Shown here in pieces: positions 29,374-37,697 of a stretch of DNA of 64,000 nucleotides. The notes beneath the pieces are model-generated. The model saw nothing but the letters and a program-made list of their open reading frames with translations. It had not been told where the DNA came from and searched no databases. The stretch is from the IMG/VR virus record IMGVR_UViG_3300025018_000100. One strand, written 5' to 3'. The translations under genes were made by a program, and so were the position numbers. How positions within the stretch are numbered: position 1 is the first letter of the stretch; the number at the start of each line of letters is the position of its first letter. This stretch comes from a virus.

Positions 29374-29691
29374 ATGTTGCAAAGCAAAACGATTTACCTG
29401 AATGACACAACAAAGAAAGATGACAATACCGTGATTTCTTTCGCATATACCGTCCTGGGAGTGGCTCATGGCTCGGTCGCGTTCTTTGCCCTATCACTTG
29501 CGGCGCTTATTCCAGGGCAAGCTATCCCTTTCTTGTTGATTACCTTGGCGGCGGCGCTAATGTCCTATTGGTTCCTGCTGCTGAAAGATGGTTTGGAACA
29601 AGAAAAGAAACCTTTTTATTCTAAGAAAGGGGGGTTGCATTTTTTCCGGGTCGGTCGGTACGGTGCAACGTTCTACCGCACAAAAAAATAA
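29374..29691 (+). CDS. Membrane protein, probably the first pre-early gene
   Basis: Two hydrophobic helices; AAGGA RBS; own promoter and terminator. Confidence 0.7.
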   Translation: MLQSKTIYLNDTTKKDDNTVISFAYTVLGVAHGSVAFFALSLAALIPGQAIPFLLITLAAALMSYWFLLLKDGLEQEKKPFYSKKGGLHFFRVGRYGATFYRTKK

Positions 29692-29697
29692 CAACGT

Positions 29698-29725
29698 AAA
29701 AGGGGAAGCAATTGCTTCCCCTTTT
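29698..29725. terminator. Bidirectional intrinsic terminator
   Basis: AAAAGGGGAAGCAATTGCTTCCCCTTTT. Confidence 0.75.
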
Positions 29726-29781
29726 CTTTATTCTTATTCTACACAAAACTTGTGTATTAGCACCGCCAGGAAACCTTCTCC

Positions 29782-29796
29782 TACCCCTGTAGGGTA
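29782..29796. promoter_or_regulatory. CsoR/RcnR-family-type operator
   Basis: TACCC-CTGTA-GGGTA: TAC/GTA flanking C- and G-tracts. Confidence 0.4.
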
Positions 29797-29880
29797 ACAC
29801 GGTTTTACCATACTTGTAAAGCTAATTTTATTTCGTTGTTTATATTATTTGAGAAATATTATTAGCCAATAAAGGCACCG

Positions 29881-29895
29881 GAACAAAACGTGAAC
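29881..29895. promoter_or_regulatory. Alphaproteobacterial LexA box
   Basis: GAAC-AAAACGT-GAAC matches GAAC-N7-GAAC exactly; a second near-match GAAC-N7-AAAC at 29971-29985. Confidence 0.6.
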
Positions 29896-29915
29896 AAACA
29901 GGGTGCAGCGCAATA

Positions 29916-29949
29916 TGGCATGATAATTGCATAAGCAATTTATATGCCA
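29916..29949. promoter_or_regulatory. Two inverted sigma54 (-24/-12) sites
   Basis: TGGCATGATAATTGCA (+) and TGGCATATAAATTGCT (-), both with GG-N10-GC spacing, 2 bp apart. Confidence 0.65.
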
Positions 29950-30185
29950 TTAAGAATAGATCGCATTAGAGAACAAAAGATAAACATAAAGCATTACTAA
30001 ACTATAGGAATAAGCCTATTTTACACAAAAAATATGGGTTAAAATGAATAGAATATAGATAAACCCAAACTATGCTAAGAATAGATTAACCCATTAATTT
30101 TATTAAATAATATTTTAGTGTTTACATACCTATTAAATGCCTCTATTATAATGCCAGGTAAACAAAACTGGAAAGGACCAAAACA

Positions 30186-30836
30186 ATGGCAATTAAGAGC
30201 AACCACGCATTTTCCCGCACATTACGTAATCAATTGCGAGAAACCTTTAACAACGCGCAATGCGTTTATAAGGATATCCAGGACCAAGTACCGGCGCTCA
30301 TTACCTTAGACAATGGGGAATTTGACCATATACTAGCGCGGGAATTTGCCTATTTGGAAAAGGATATGCAAGCGGCGATTAAGAATGCCGGTTATCCAAA
30401 AACACTTTGGCAAAATTTCGCTATCAATAGCCATGTTAATTGCGCGCGTGTTAGCGCGTCTGGGAATTGGCTAAAAGGACAACAAGAAAAGTCTTTGATG
30501 GTTATCAAACAAGATAACGCGGTGATTGTTCACGCCATGCGATATTTTGCGCGTGTATGGGGTCTTAACGGGAAAAGAAAAATTGTTCTCAAATCCGTCG
30601 CCAACAAAACAAAACATCTTGCAATCAAAGCAAACGAATATGAAGCGCTTTCCGTTCGTGCGGTACGCTTGGAACATACTAAAGGGGATTTAGATAAATT
30701 TAGTATGTCTCACAATTGGATTAAAGAGGGGAAGGAATATAAAAGGCAAATTTTAAAATTCGGGGATGAAACTCCAGAAGCGAAAGCGCATTTAAAGAAA
30801 ATGAAACAGACCATAAAGGAATACATGGTTTACTGA
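30186..30836 (+). CDS. Pre-early protein, possible HNH-like nuclease
   Basis: EFDHIL...VNCARVSASGNWLKG resembles an HNH motif; own promoter, RBS and terminator (30841-30866). Confidence 0.5.
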   Translation: MAIKSNHAFSRTLRNQLRETFNNAQCVYKDIQDQVPALITLDNGEFDHILAREFAYLEKDMQAAIKNAGYPKTLWQNFAINSHVNCARVSASGNWLKGQQEKSLMVIKQDNAVIVHAMRYFARVWGLNGKRKIVLKSVANKTKHLAIKANEYEALSVRAVRLEHTKGDLDKFSMSHNWIKEGKEYKRQILKFGDETPEAKAHLKKMKQTIKEYMVY

Positions 30837-30873
30837 AAAATATGGGGGGAAGCAATTCCCCCCATATACCTAC

Positions 30874-31006
30874 CTGAATTGCGAATGATTATCATTCCTG
30901 ACTGAATTGCGAATGATTATCATTCCTGACTGAATTGCGAATGATTATCATTCCTGACTGAATTGCGAATGATTATCATTCCTGACTGAATTGCGAATGA
31001 TTATCA
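30874..31006 (+). repeat. Tandem array of 28-bp units (4 full + 1 partial), each with a Fur-box-like site
   Basis: CTGAATTGCGAATGATTATCATTCCTGA at 30874, 30902, 30930, 30958 and 30986 (21 nt). Confidence 0.95.
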
Positions 31007-31224
31007 AGAGAAAAATAGTTAAAAATTTTTCTGCACCTGTACGAAATCGAAATAAAAAAGTGAGAAAGTAAGTGCCAAATTTAGATTTAGCACCTGTATG
31101 AAAACGACTAATTTTTGTATTAATTCTATCTCAAAAATAATGATATAAAATGAAAAATAATAGTTGACTAGTATTAATATAAAGACTATATTATATTTAT
31201 TGAAACACTCAAAGGAGATAGAAA

Positions 31225-31428
31225 ATGTTTTACGAAAGAGTTACCAAAGTCACACAAGACTGGTTAAACACTCTCAGAAACAATGCTTCAAGAAAAGACT
31301 TTGTAGTTGGTTCTATGTGCGCTAAAATGGGACTAGCTTTAGCTACAGCGGAGAGAGCCCAAAAAAGTGACGATCTTAAGACAATACAAGAGGATTTAGA
31401 AAGGATTATTAAAATCTTAGAGAAGTGA
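31225..31428 (+). CDS. Hypothetical protein (cassette)
   Basis: TTGACT promoter, AAGGAG RBS, terminator. Confidence 0.75.
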   Translation: MFYERVTKVTQDWLNTLRNNASRKDFVVGSMCAKMGLALATAERAQKSDDLKTIQEDLERIIKILEK

Positions 31429-31606
31429 CCAGGGAAACCCTCTAGCGAAAGTTAGGGGGTTTTTTTGTGTATAAATCAATTAATTATATTATTACCCGCC
31501 GTAGGCGAGTTATCAGTTAAGTTGTTAAAAATAAACGATAATTTAGTTGTTGACATTGCTTTATTTTACCGATACAGTCTATATATCGAAACAAAGGAGA
31601 AAGACT

Positions 31607-31840
31607 ATGTCACGTCACAGCAAACAAGAAACCTTGATCGCTACATCTTTTGTAAAAGAAACAGAAAAAAGTTGGGTGGTCATGTTTTACGGTACTAAAG
31701 CAGTCCTAGCCAAGAGCATGTGCGAACATGATGGGGGTTTGCAATTTTCCATCCCTAAATGGTTGTACAAGAAAATCATGGAAGCAGAAGAAAAAAATAC
31801 AGATAACTTCTATGAAGAACAAGCTTTGTTGCTGGCTTAA
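31607..31840 (+). CDS. Hypothetical protein (cassette)
   Basis: Start re-called at the AAGGAG-preceded ATG; promoter TTGACA-17-TACAGT. Confidence 0.75.
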   Translation: MSRHSKQETLIATSFVKETEKSWVVMFYGTKAVLAKSMCEHDGGLQFSIPKWLYKKIMEAEEKNTDNFYEEQALLLA

Positions 31841-32047
31841 CATAAAAGTCTCTTAGAGATATCCAGGCTCTAAGAGACTTTTTTTGTTTAATTTTCAATA
31901 GGTTAGCTGGCGACCCGCCGTAGGCGGGTTAGCGGCTAACACGTTGATAACAAACAATAATTATTTTGTTGACACACTAAGGGAAAAATCTTATATTATT
32001 TATATCAAGACGAGGCAATAATGCCACATAGGAAAAGGAGAATTACT

Positions 32048-32260
32048 ATGCTACGCCGGATTGAGAATGTTAACTGCAAAGATGAAAATGGCCTGTCAAG
32101 CACAATTGCTGTTATTCAAAAAGCGGTAGACAATAAGGGTAATACCCTTGCTTATAGCGTTGCTTTCGCAGACGGCACAACCGTTGGCAATATTCCCCGG
32201 CTGGGAGAGGCTCGCGCTATCGCAGTCAAAGGTAAGGTTCAACAGCAAGAAGCTGCATAA
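32048..32260 (+). CDS. Hypothetical protein (cassette)
   Basis: AAGGAG RBS; TTGACA promoter. Confidence 0.7.
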   Translation: MLRRIENVNCKDENGLSSTIAVIQKAVDNKGNTLAYSVAFADGTTVGNIPRLGEARAIAVKGKVQQQEAA

Positions 32261-32558
32261 TTCCACAATTTCCAAAGGGTAAGAGATATGACACATAATT
32301 CAAGAGACTCCCCTTAAAAAGAAGACAAGGGTTGTGGGATTTTGGTAAAGCAACCGTTAATTTAGATAGATATATAAGAGAAAATAAAAAAACGTCCAGC
32401 ACATGCTGGACGTTTTTTTATTTATTTTTCAATAGGTTAGGTGACGACCCGCCTACGGCGGGTTAGCGGCTAAACCATTGTTTTTAAACAATAATTTAGT
32501 TGTTGACGTAATACTTTTTAAGACTTATATTAATAACATAATTATTAGGAGAAAAAAT

Positions 32559-33116
32559 ATGCGAAGCCCTTTAGAATTAGTTAGCATGCTTAATAGATGT
32601 GGTCTTATTAAGATCGGGGAAGGGTCTTATGCTGAGGTCTATGCTAAAAAGACAAAAGACTTTGCTTATAAAGTAGGTAATATGTACCTTGATGAAAATG
32701 ATGGTTGGTTTCAGTATGCTAAATTAGCAAAAAAGCATAGTGCTAATAATCCGTACTTCCCTGAAATTAGTTTTATTAGGGGATCTGCAAGGGCTTATAT
32801 AGCTAAAATGGAATTTATTCCAAAAACGTTATTTGATATTAGAGACGGTGTTTATAATAAGTCATATGAAATTGATGATAGTTTATGGCAAGTATTTTAC
32901 GAAGACAAAAATTCAACACTTGTACAAAAATTATATGAACAGAACCCAGAATTTTTTAAATTTTTAAAAGATGAAAAATTCTGGGAAGCTGTATCACTTA
33001 TCAAGGAATATATGAAAGATTTTCCCGATATGGATTTAGATATACACGACCGTAATATAATGATAAGAGAAAACGGGCAAATAGTAATTACAGACCCTTA
33101 CCTAGAAGGGTATTAA
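32559..33116 (+). CDS. Ser/Thr protein kinase, T7 gp0.7-like
   Basis: IGEGSYAEVY, YKVG, NPYFPEI, DIHDRNIM, ITDP; start re-called at the AGGAG-preceded ATG. Confidence 0.8.
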   Translation: MRSPLELVSMLNRCGLIKIGEGSYAEVYAKKTKDFAYKVGNMYLDENDGWFQYAKLAKKHSANNPYFPEISFIRGSARAYIAKMEFIPKTLFDIRDGVYNKSYEIDDSLWQVFYEDKNSTLVQKLYEQNPEFFKFLKDEKFWEAVSLIKEYMKDFPDMDLDIHDRNIMIRENGQIVITDPYLEGY

Positions 33117-33144
33117 ACACTGACACCAAAAACAGGAGATTTCT

Positions 33145-33609
33145 ATGTTGTTGAATAGTATGAAAATAGAAGACTTTGTCGATATCATTAAAAATGATAT
33201 CGATAATTCTGGAGAAACTATGGGCGATATTCACATTAGCCTTGTGAAAAATTTGCTTAAAGTTTCAACAAGTACTATTGATAGTAGTAAAACTATCAAT
33301 ATGCTTATTAAGTATTCAAAAGTTATCGGGTCTGAAATTGTGAACAGGGCCGTCTACGAAACTATCTTGGCTTCTGAAAGTCAGAAAGTGTATAAGTGGA
33401 GTATTATCGGGTATAAAAACGATTTGCTTACTGATAAGATTAAAGCAATCGTCGCTATTCGCAAAACTATTAGCGATATGTCTTTGATGGAAGCTAAGGG
33501 AATTATGGAAAATGACAAGTACCTTTTTGCTAATGTGAGTACTGTCACAAAACTTAATAAGGAAATTATGCCTTACGGTTTTATTGCGGTTCCACAAAGT
33601 AGCTATTGA
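33145..33609 (+). CDS. Protein with ribosomal L7/L12 C-terminal-like motif
   Basis: KIKAIVAIRKTISDMSLMEAKGIME. Confidence 0.6.
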   Translation: MLLNSMKIEDFVDIIKNDIDNSGETMGDIHISLVKNLLKVSTSTIDSSKTINMLIKYSKVIGSEIVNRAVYETILASESQKVYKWSIIGYKNDLLTDKIKAIVAIRKTISDMSLMEAKGIMENDKYLFANVSTVTKLNKEIMPYGFIAVPQSSY

Positions 33610-33778
33610 CTCATATATTAATTAGAGTAGAAAAAGCCAGTTAAGTCAACAACTTAGCTGGCGACCCGCCGTAGGCGGGTTATCAGTTAAGTTACTGATA
33701 ACAAACTATAATTTAATTGTTGACTATATAGTAGTGTAAGACTATATTATTTTTACTGAAAAACAGAAAGGATACGTT

Positions 33779-33967
33779 ATGCACAGGGCAAGAAAAGATT
33801 ATGTAATTATGGAAGCAAAGAAACAAGCTAAGTACGACCCTTGGAGTAGTAAAATCAGGGAATTGTTGACAGGGGAAGAAATTAATGTTATAAACAGGCA
33901 TTGGCAAAAAATGAAAGGAATTGCTAGCTGGTTTGATGCGTTTATGGATTTACCTGTTGATAGCTAA
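33779..33967 (+). CDS. Hypothetical protein (cassette)
   Basis: Promoter and RBS after an element copy. Confidence 0.6.
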   Translation: MHRARKDYVIMEAKKQAKYDPWSSKIRELLTGEEINVINRHWQKMKGIASWFDAFMDLPVDS

Positions 33968-34011
33968 TATAAGTTATTGACTTAGTAACAAAACGATTAT
34001 ATAGTATGTTA

Positions 34012-34141
34012 TCGAAATAAAATTACCCTGTGGGGAAAGGGGGAGTTAATACCTCCGGAATTTCGCAGCATAAGGGTTTTTCTCCTTCTTACCTTGTGCG
34101 CGGTACTAGTCTCTCAGGTCAGAAACCTGAGAGACTTTTTT
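34012..34141 (+). ncRNA. Putative small RNA with an anti-SD-like loop
   Basis: TTGACT-17-TATAGT (33977-34005), no ORF, hairpins, strong terminator 34108-34141. Confidence 0.55.
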
Positions 34142-34217
34142 GTTTATATTTCAACGACTTAAGTGACGACCCGCCTACGGCGGGTGAGAGGCTAACCTGT
34201 TGATTAACCTCACTTTT

Positions 34218-34610
34218 TTACACTGTAAGTTCAATAATTTCTACAAATTGTTGCAATTCTTCTTTATTCCAACCCCCAGCACTTTTAGCATCCGAAGTGT
34301 CTGTGCCGTCTACAAGATGATTTAAGAGTGTAATAAAAAATTTTTCAATAAAGTCTTTATCCTCTTGATAAATAGCCTTAAGGATAAATTCCCAAGAATT
34401 GATACGTTTTGTTAGAGGCAGTTTATCAACCTCATCAAAGCACCACTTTAACATATCATAATGTAAAGAACCAGTATTCTCAATTTTCACCTTAAAAAGT
34501 CCGTGAGCCAAAGATTTGATAGCTACTTCTTTTTTTATTTCAGATGAAAGATTTAAACTTTCAATATAATTTCTGTAATCTTGCAAATCCTGCTTAGAAC
34601 AATAATCCAT
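34218..34610 (-). CDS. Hypothetical protein (cassette)
   Basis: AAGGA RBS; stop abuts an element arm. Confidence 0.7.
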   Translation of the reverse strand: MDYCSKQDLQDYRNYIESLNLSSEIKKEVAIKSLAHGLFKVKIENTGSLHYDMLKWCFDEVDKLPLTKRINSWEFILKAIYQEDKDFIEKFFITLLNHLVDGTDTSDAKSAGGWNKEELQQFVEIIELTV

Positions 34611-34667
34611 GATGTATCCTTTCTTAAGAAATTGTTGTTACATATAATAACAAATATCTACTTTATG

Positions 34668-34997
34668 TCAATAGACTTCCTTACGAAAATTATACATATA
34701 AGTAAAATCAGAACACTCGATAGAAAAAGACTCTTGGTTTAGTTCGTCCTTCAATAAAATTCCTAAACGGCAAGCGTGTATTTTAATATCCTTAAATTTT
34801 GATGGAAATCTGGGATAATTAATAAAATCTACTCTTATACCTTTTTCTTGCCCATGAGTATATACGTATTCTGTTGTAGATATAGAAACACACAACCCAA
34901 CATTATCGCAGTAATCACGACATACTACAGTAGCTTTGTCAATATCCCCCGCAATCCAAATTGTTGCATGAAAGCTGTTTGAACGAATAACTTGCAT
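34668..34997 (-). CDS. Hypothetical phage protein
   Basis: Start re-called (MQVIRS); CRDYCD.VGLCV...INYPRFP. Confidence 0.7.
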   Translation of the reverse strand: MQVIRSNSFHATIWIAGDIDKATVVCRDYCDNVGLCVSISTTEYVYTHGQEKGIRVDFINYPRFPSKFKDIKIHACRLGILLKDELNQESFSIECSDFTYMYNFRKEVY

Positions 34998-35205
34998 TAT
35001 ATAATTTCCTTTGTTGATTAATAAGAATATATCACATTTTGCATGAAATGCAACAAATAAATTAATCAACGTTTTCAACAGTTTAGCTGGCGACCCGCCG
35101 TAGGCGGGTTAGCCGCTAACCCCTTGTTTTTAAAAGATAATTTAGTTGTTGCATTTATTTATAAACTAGCTATACTAGCTATAGCAAATTTAAAGGAGAC
35201 ATTAA

Positions 35206-35802
35206 ATGAGTGTACGAAAAATAGTGAAACGACTAAGAAAAACAGGATTAGTACGTATTGGTGAAGGCTCTTTCGGAGTAGCAGTTGCACCTGAAAGTAG
35301 AGAATATGTGTACAAAATTGGAAGTATTAATAATCTCTTAGATGGTTGGTACTATTTTGGACAATTAGCTATGTTGCATAGTGATAATCCTTATTTTCCT
35401 AAAATTGAAAAACTCCAAGGAACCTCACAAGCATATGTTGCTAAAATGGAATATATACCCTCAGAAGTTACAACATCGGCGTCAATAAAGTGGGAATTAG
35501 GAGACTATATTAAAAACTGGTTATCTCCTACGGATGAATATAGTACAGAATGGTATAAAAAAGACAGTGATTTTATAAAAAGTTTTCCATTCACTGCTGA
35601 TCCACTATTTTGTGACGCACTTTCAATTATGAGTTTTTATCTTGAAGATATTAAACGTGAGTTAGGAATAAATATATACTTTGATATACATGAAGGTAAT
35701 TTTAGATGTAGGGAAGATGGACAGTTAGTAATTATTGATCCATTTGCTATTGAAGAAACAGATAGCTACTCAGGAATGTCTGAGTCTTGGTTCTGGGCCT
35801 AA
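35206..35802 (+). CDS. Ser/Thr protein kinase, T7 gp0.7-like (paralog 2)
   Basis: IGEGSFG, YKIG, NPYFPKI, FDIHEGNF, IIDPF. Confidence 0.8.
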   Translation: MSVRKIVKRLRKTGLVRIGEGSFGVAVAPESREYVYKIGSINNLLDGWYYFGQLAMLHSDNPYFPKIEKLQGTSQAYVAKMEYIPSEVTTSASIKWELGDYIKNWLSPTDEYSTEWYKKDSDFIKSFPFTADPLFCDALSIMSFYLEDIKRELGINIYFDIHEGNFRCREDGQLVIIDPFAIEETDSYSGMSESWFWA

Positions 35803-35934
35803 AAAGTTAGCTAAGTCAATGACTTAGCTGACGACCCGCCGTAGGCGGGTTAGAGGCTAACACGTTGATTTTAAACGATAATTATTTTTAAAATAGTTGT
35901 TGACACTAAATCTAAAATAATCTATATTAGTTAA

Positions 35935-36100
35935 ATCAAGAGCGGATAGAATACCTTACCGCTAGGTTTTAGTCGCTTACATATTAGATAACGTGTTTGA
36001 TACGTAAGATAGAGAGACCAGAAAACGGGCGAAGTTTAATGCCCCCTAGAGAAACTATAATAAAACAGAGAGGGCGTCCGACGGGGCGTCCTTTTTCTTT
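35935..36100 (+). ncRNA. Putative small RNA
   Basis: TTGACA-17-TATATT (35900-35928), no credible RBS/ORF, ends in a GC hairpin plus U-run before the next promoter. Confidence 0.4.
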
Positions 36101-36173
36101 TGACAAGTGCTTAAACTTAGATTATAATAATTATATTAAAAGGCACGATCGCCCAAATTGGAAAGGAAAAAAA

Positions 36174-36449
36174 ATGAAAGTTTTTGTATTAACCCCCGAG
36201 TTTGAAACATTTACAACATTTGAGTCGGTTAAAGAAGCGCGAAAGTATGTTAAACAATGTATTCAAGATGAATATGAAGACCATGAATGTATTGTAAAAG
36301 ACTTAGAAGACAAATACACTATTATTGTTGGGGAAAAAATCCCCCTATTCATTGAAGTCAAAATCTCAGTAACAATCGATCAGGACGCCCTATCAGAGAT
36401 TGGAAGTGAATTAATAGATCGAGTTGGAAAGGGAGATTATTATGCGTAA
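36174..36449 (+). CDS. Hypothetical protein
   Basis: Start re-called at the AAGGA-preceded ATG, downstream of a TTGACA promoter. Confidence 0.7.
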   Translation: MKVFVLTPEFETFTTFESVKEARKYVKQCIQDEYEDHECIVKDLEDKYTIIVGEKIPLFIEVKISVTIDQDALSEIGSELIDRVGKGDYYA

Positions 36450-36669
36450 ACTGTTTTTTGGTATGTTGCTTGTGGTTATGACATTAGTCATGACCGCTTG
36501 CGACGTGGAAGGGAAAGAAAACGAATATTATATTAAATGTATATTTGATGGTAGTGAAGAAATCTATCTTGTAGACACCTATACATTTAAATACGGGGCT
36601 AGAGGATGGCTACGAAGAGAGCTAATTTTCGATTATACTGCAGGGGTTCCTTGTAAATTGATGATTTAA
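36442..36669 (+). CDS. Putative lipoprotein
   Basis: MRKLFFGMLLVVMTLVMTAC lipobox; GGAG RBS. Confidence 0.65.
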   Translation: MRKLFFGMLLVVMTLVMTACDVEGKENEYYIKCIFDGSEEIYLVDTYTFKYGARGWLRRELIFDYTAGVPCKLMI

Positions 36670-36809
36670 AAAAGTTAGCTAAGTCAATGACTTAGCTGAC
36701 GACCCGCCGTAGGCGGGTTAGAGGCTAACACGTTGATTTTAAACGATAATTTAGTTATTGACTATAATGATTTTATATATATACTAATAAAGTAACAAAG
36801 GAGAAAAAC

Positions 36810-37085
36810 ATGAAATACGGACTAATCGCTATTGATTACGATAAAAAAGTTATTTTGTGTGAGTCCCCACTATCAGGTACTCACTCGAAAAAAGTAACTG
36901 CCACAGATATTGCTAATATCATTAGGTGGGAGAAAAAAGAAGCCCGACTTGATAATGCACTATATTACTGGACAGAGCAAGAAAGAGTACAAATTTTAAC
37001 AGGGTATACAGAACAAGAGTATCAGGATTTTTTAGCTGACCCTAGAAAAAATTTAACTTGCTTGTTGACACTTGCAGAAATTTAG
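36810..37085 (+). CDS. Hypothetical protein (cassette)
   Basis: Promoter and AAGGAG RBS. Confidence 0.7.
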   Translation: MKYGLIAIDYDKKVILCESPLSGTHSKKVTATDIANIIRWEKKEARLDNALYYWTEQERVQILTGYTEQEYQDFLADPRKNLTCLLTLAEI

Positions 37086-37123
37086 GTTATTATATAAAAT
37101 AACTTCAGAAAAGGGGAATAAAA

Positions 37124-37261
37124 ATGACTAAGATTGTAAAGTGCTCCTGTTCTCATGACTATCAGGATAAGAAATATGGGAAAGGTATGCGGGTAGCAAA
37201 TCAGACACGAAAACAAACTGGTTTAGTTCATCGTTGCACTGTTTGTAAAAAGGAGCATTAA
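37124..37261 (+). CDS. Small Cys/His protein (45 aa, putative Zn-binding)
   Basis: MTKIVKCSCSHDYQDKKYGKGMRVAN...RCTVC; below the ORF-track cutoff. Confidence 0.65.
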   Translation: MTKIVKCSCSHDYQDKKYGKGMRVANQTRKQTGLVHRCTVCKKEH

Positions 37262-37264
37262 TAA

Positions 37265-37516
37265 ATGATTACCGCTAAAGAATGGGCTTTTGCAACTACA
37301 ATCGTTCCAGGTCAAGAAACCGTTAAAGATAAAGAGGCAAAACTTGTCGCGCAAGAGACAAGAGAATATTTTGCTAATGGCGGTATTATGACCCGCCGCG
37401 AAAAAGATGGTGGTTTGTCTTTTTGGGCTATGCGCGACGAAAAACTTACTCGTATTCCTCTAAAAGATGCAACTGCAATTAAAAAAGCACAACGTGAAGC
37501 TAAAACAGCGGAATGA
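37265..37516 (+). CDS. Hypothetical protein
   Basis: AGGAG RBS; stop abuts an element. Confidence 0.7.
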   Translation: MITAKEWAFATTIVPGQETVKDKEAKLVAQETREYFANGGIMTRREKDGGLSFWAMRDEKLTRIPLKDATAIKKAQREAKTAE

Positions 37517-37697
37517 AAAAGTTAGCTAAGTCAATGACTTAGCTGACGACCCGCCGTAGGCGGGTTAGCGGCTAAGTCATTGTTTTTAAACAATAATTTA
37601 GTTGTTGACTGTTTAATAAATTAAAGGTATCTTTAAACAACAAAGAAAAGAAATTATGATTTATATTTATCTTGAAACCCGAGCAAAAGAGTAAAAA

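Noticed and set aside
29740-29756. ACACAA-N3-TTGTGT (and 46992-47006) as NrdR boxes
   Set aside because: One base shorter than the 16-bp NrdR palindrome; left unassigned
30004-30019. ATAG...CTAT as an OxyR site; CtrA boxes nearby
   Set aside because: Spacing is N8 rather than N7, and I found no TTAA-N7-TTAA
30874-31006. 28-bp repeats as a CRISPR array
   Set aside because: Units are directly adjacent with no spacers; no cas genes in the window
31913-31929. Core hairpin as a simple intrinsic terminator
   Set aside because: No U-tract follows on either strand, and many copies already have a separate terminator immediately upstream
31913-31940. Element as a GTAG-family REP mobilised by a RAYT
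   Set aside because: GTAG lies in the loop rather than at the foot of the hairpin, it flips independently of the flanks, and no RAYT is visible; not fully excluded
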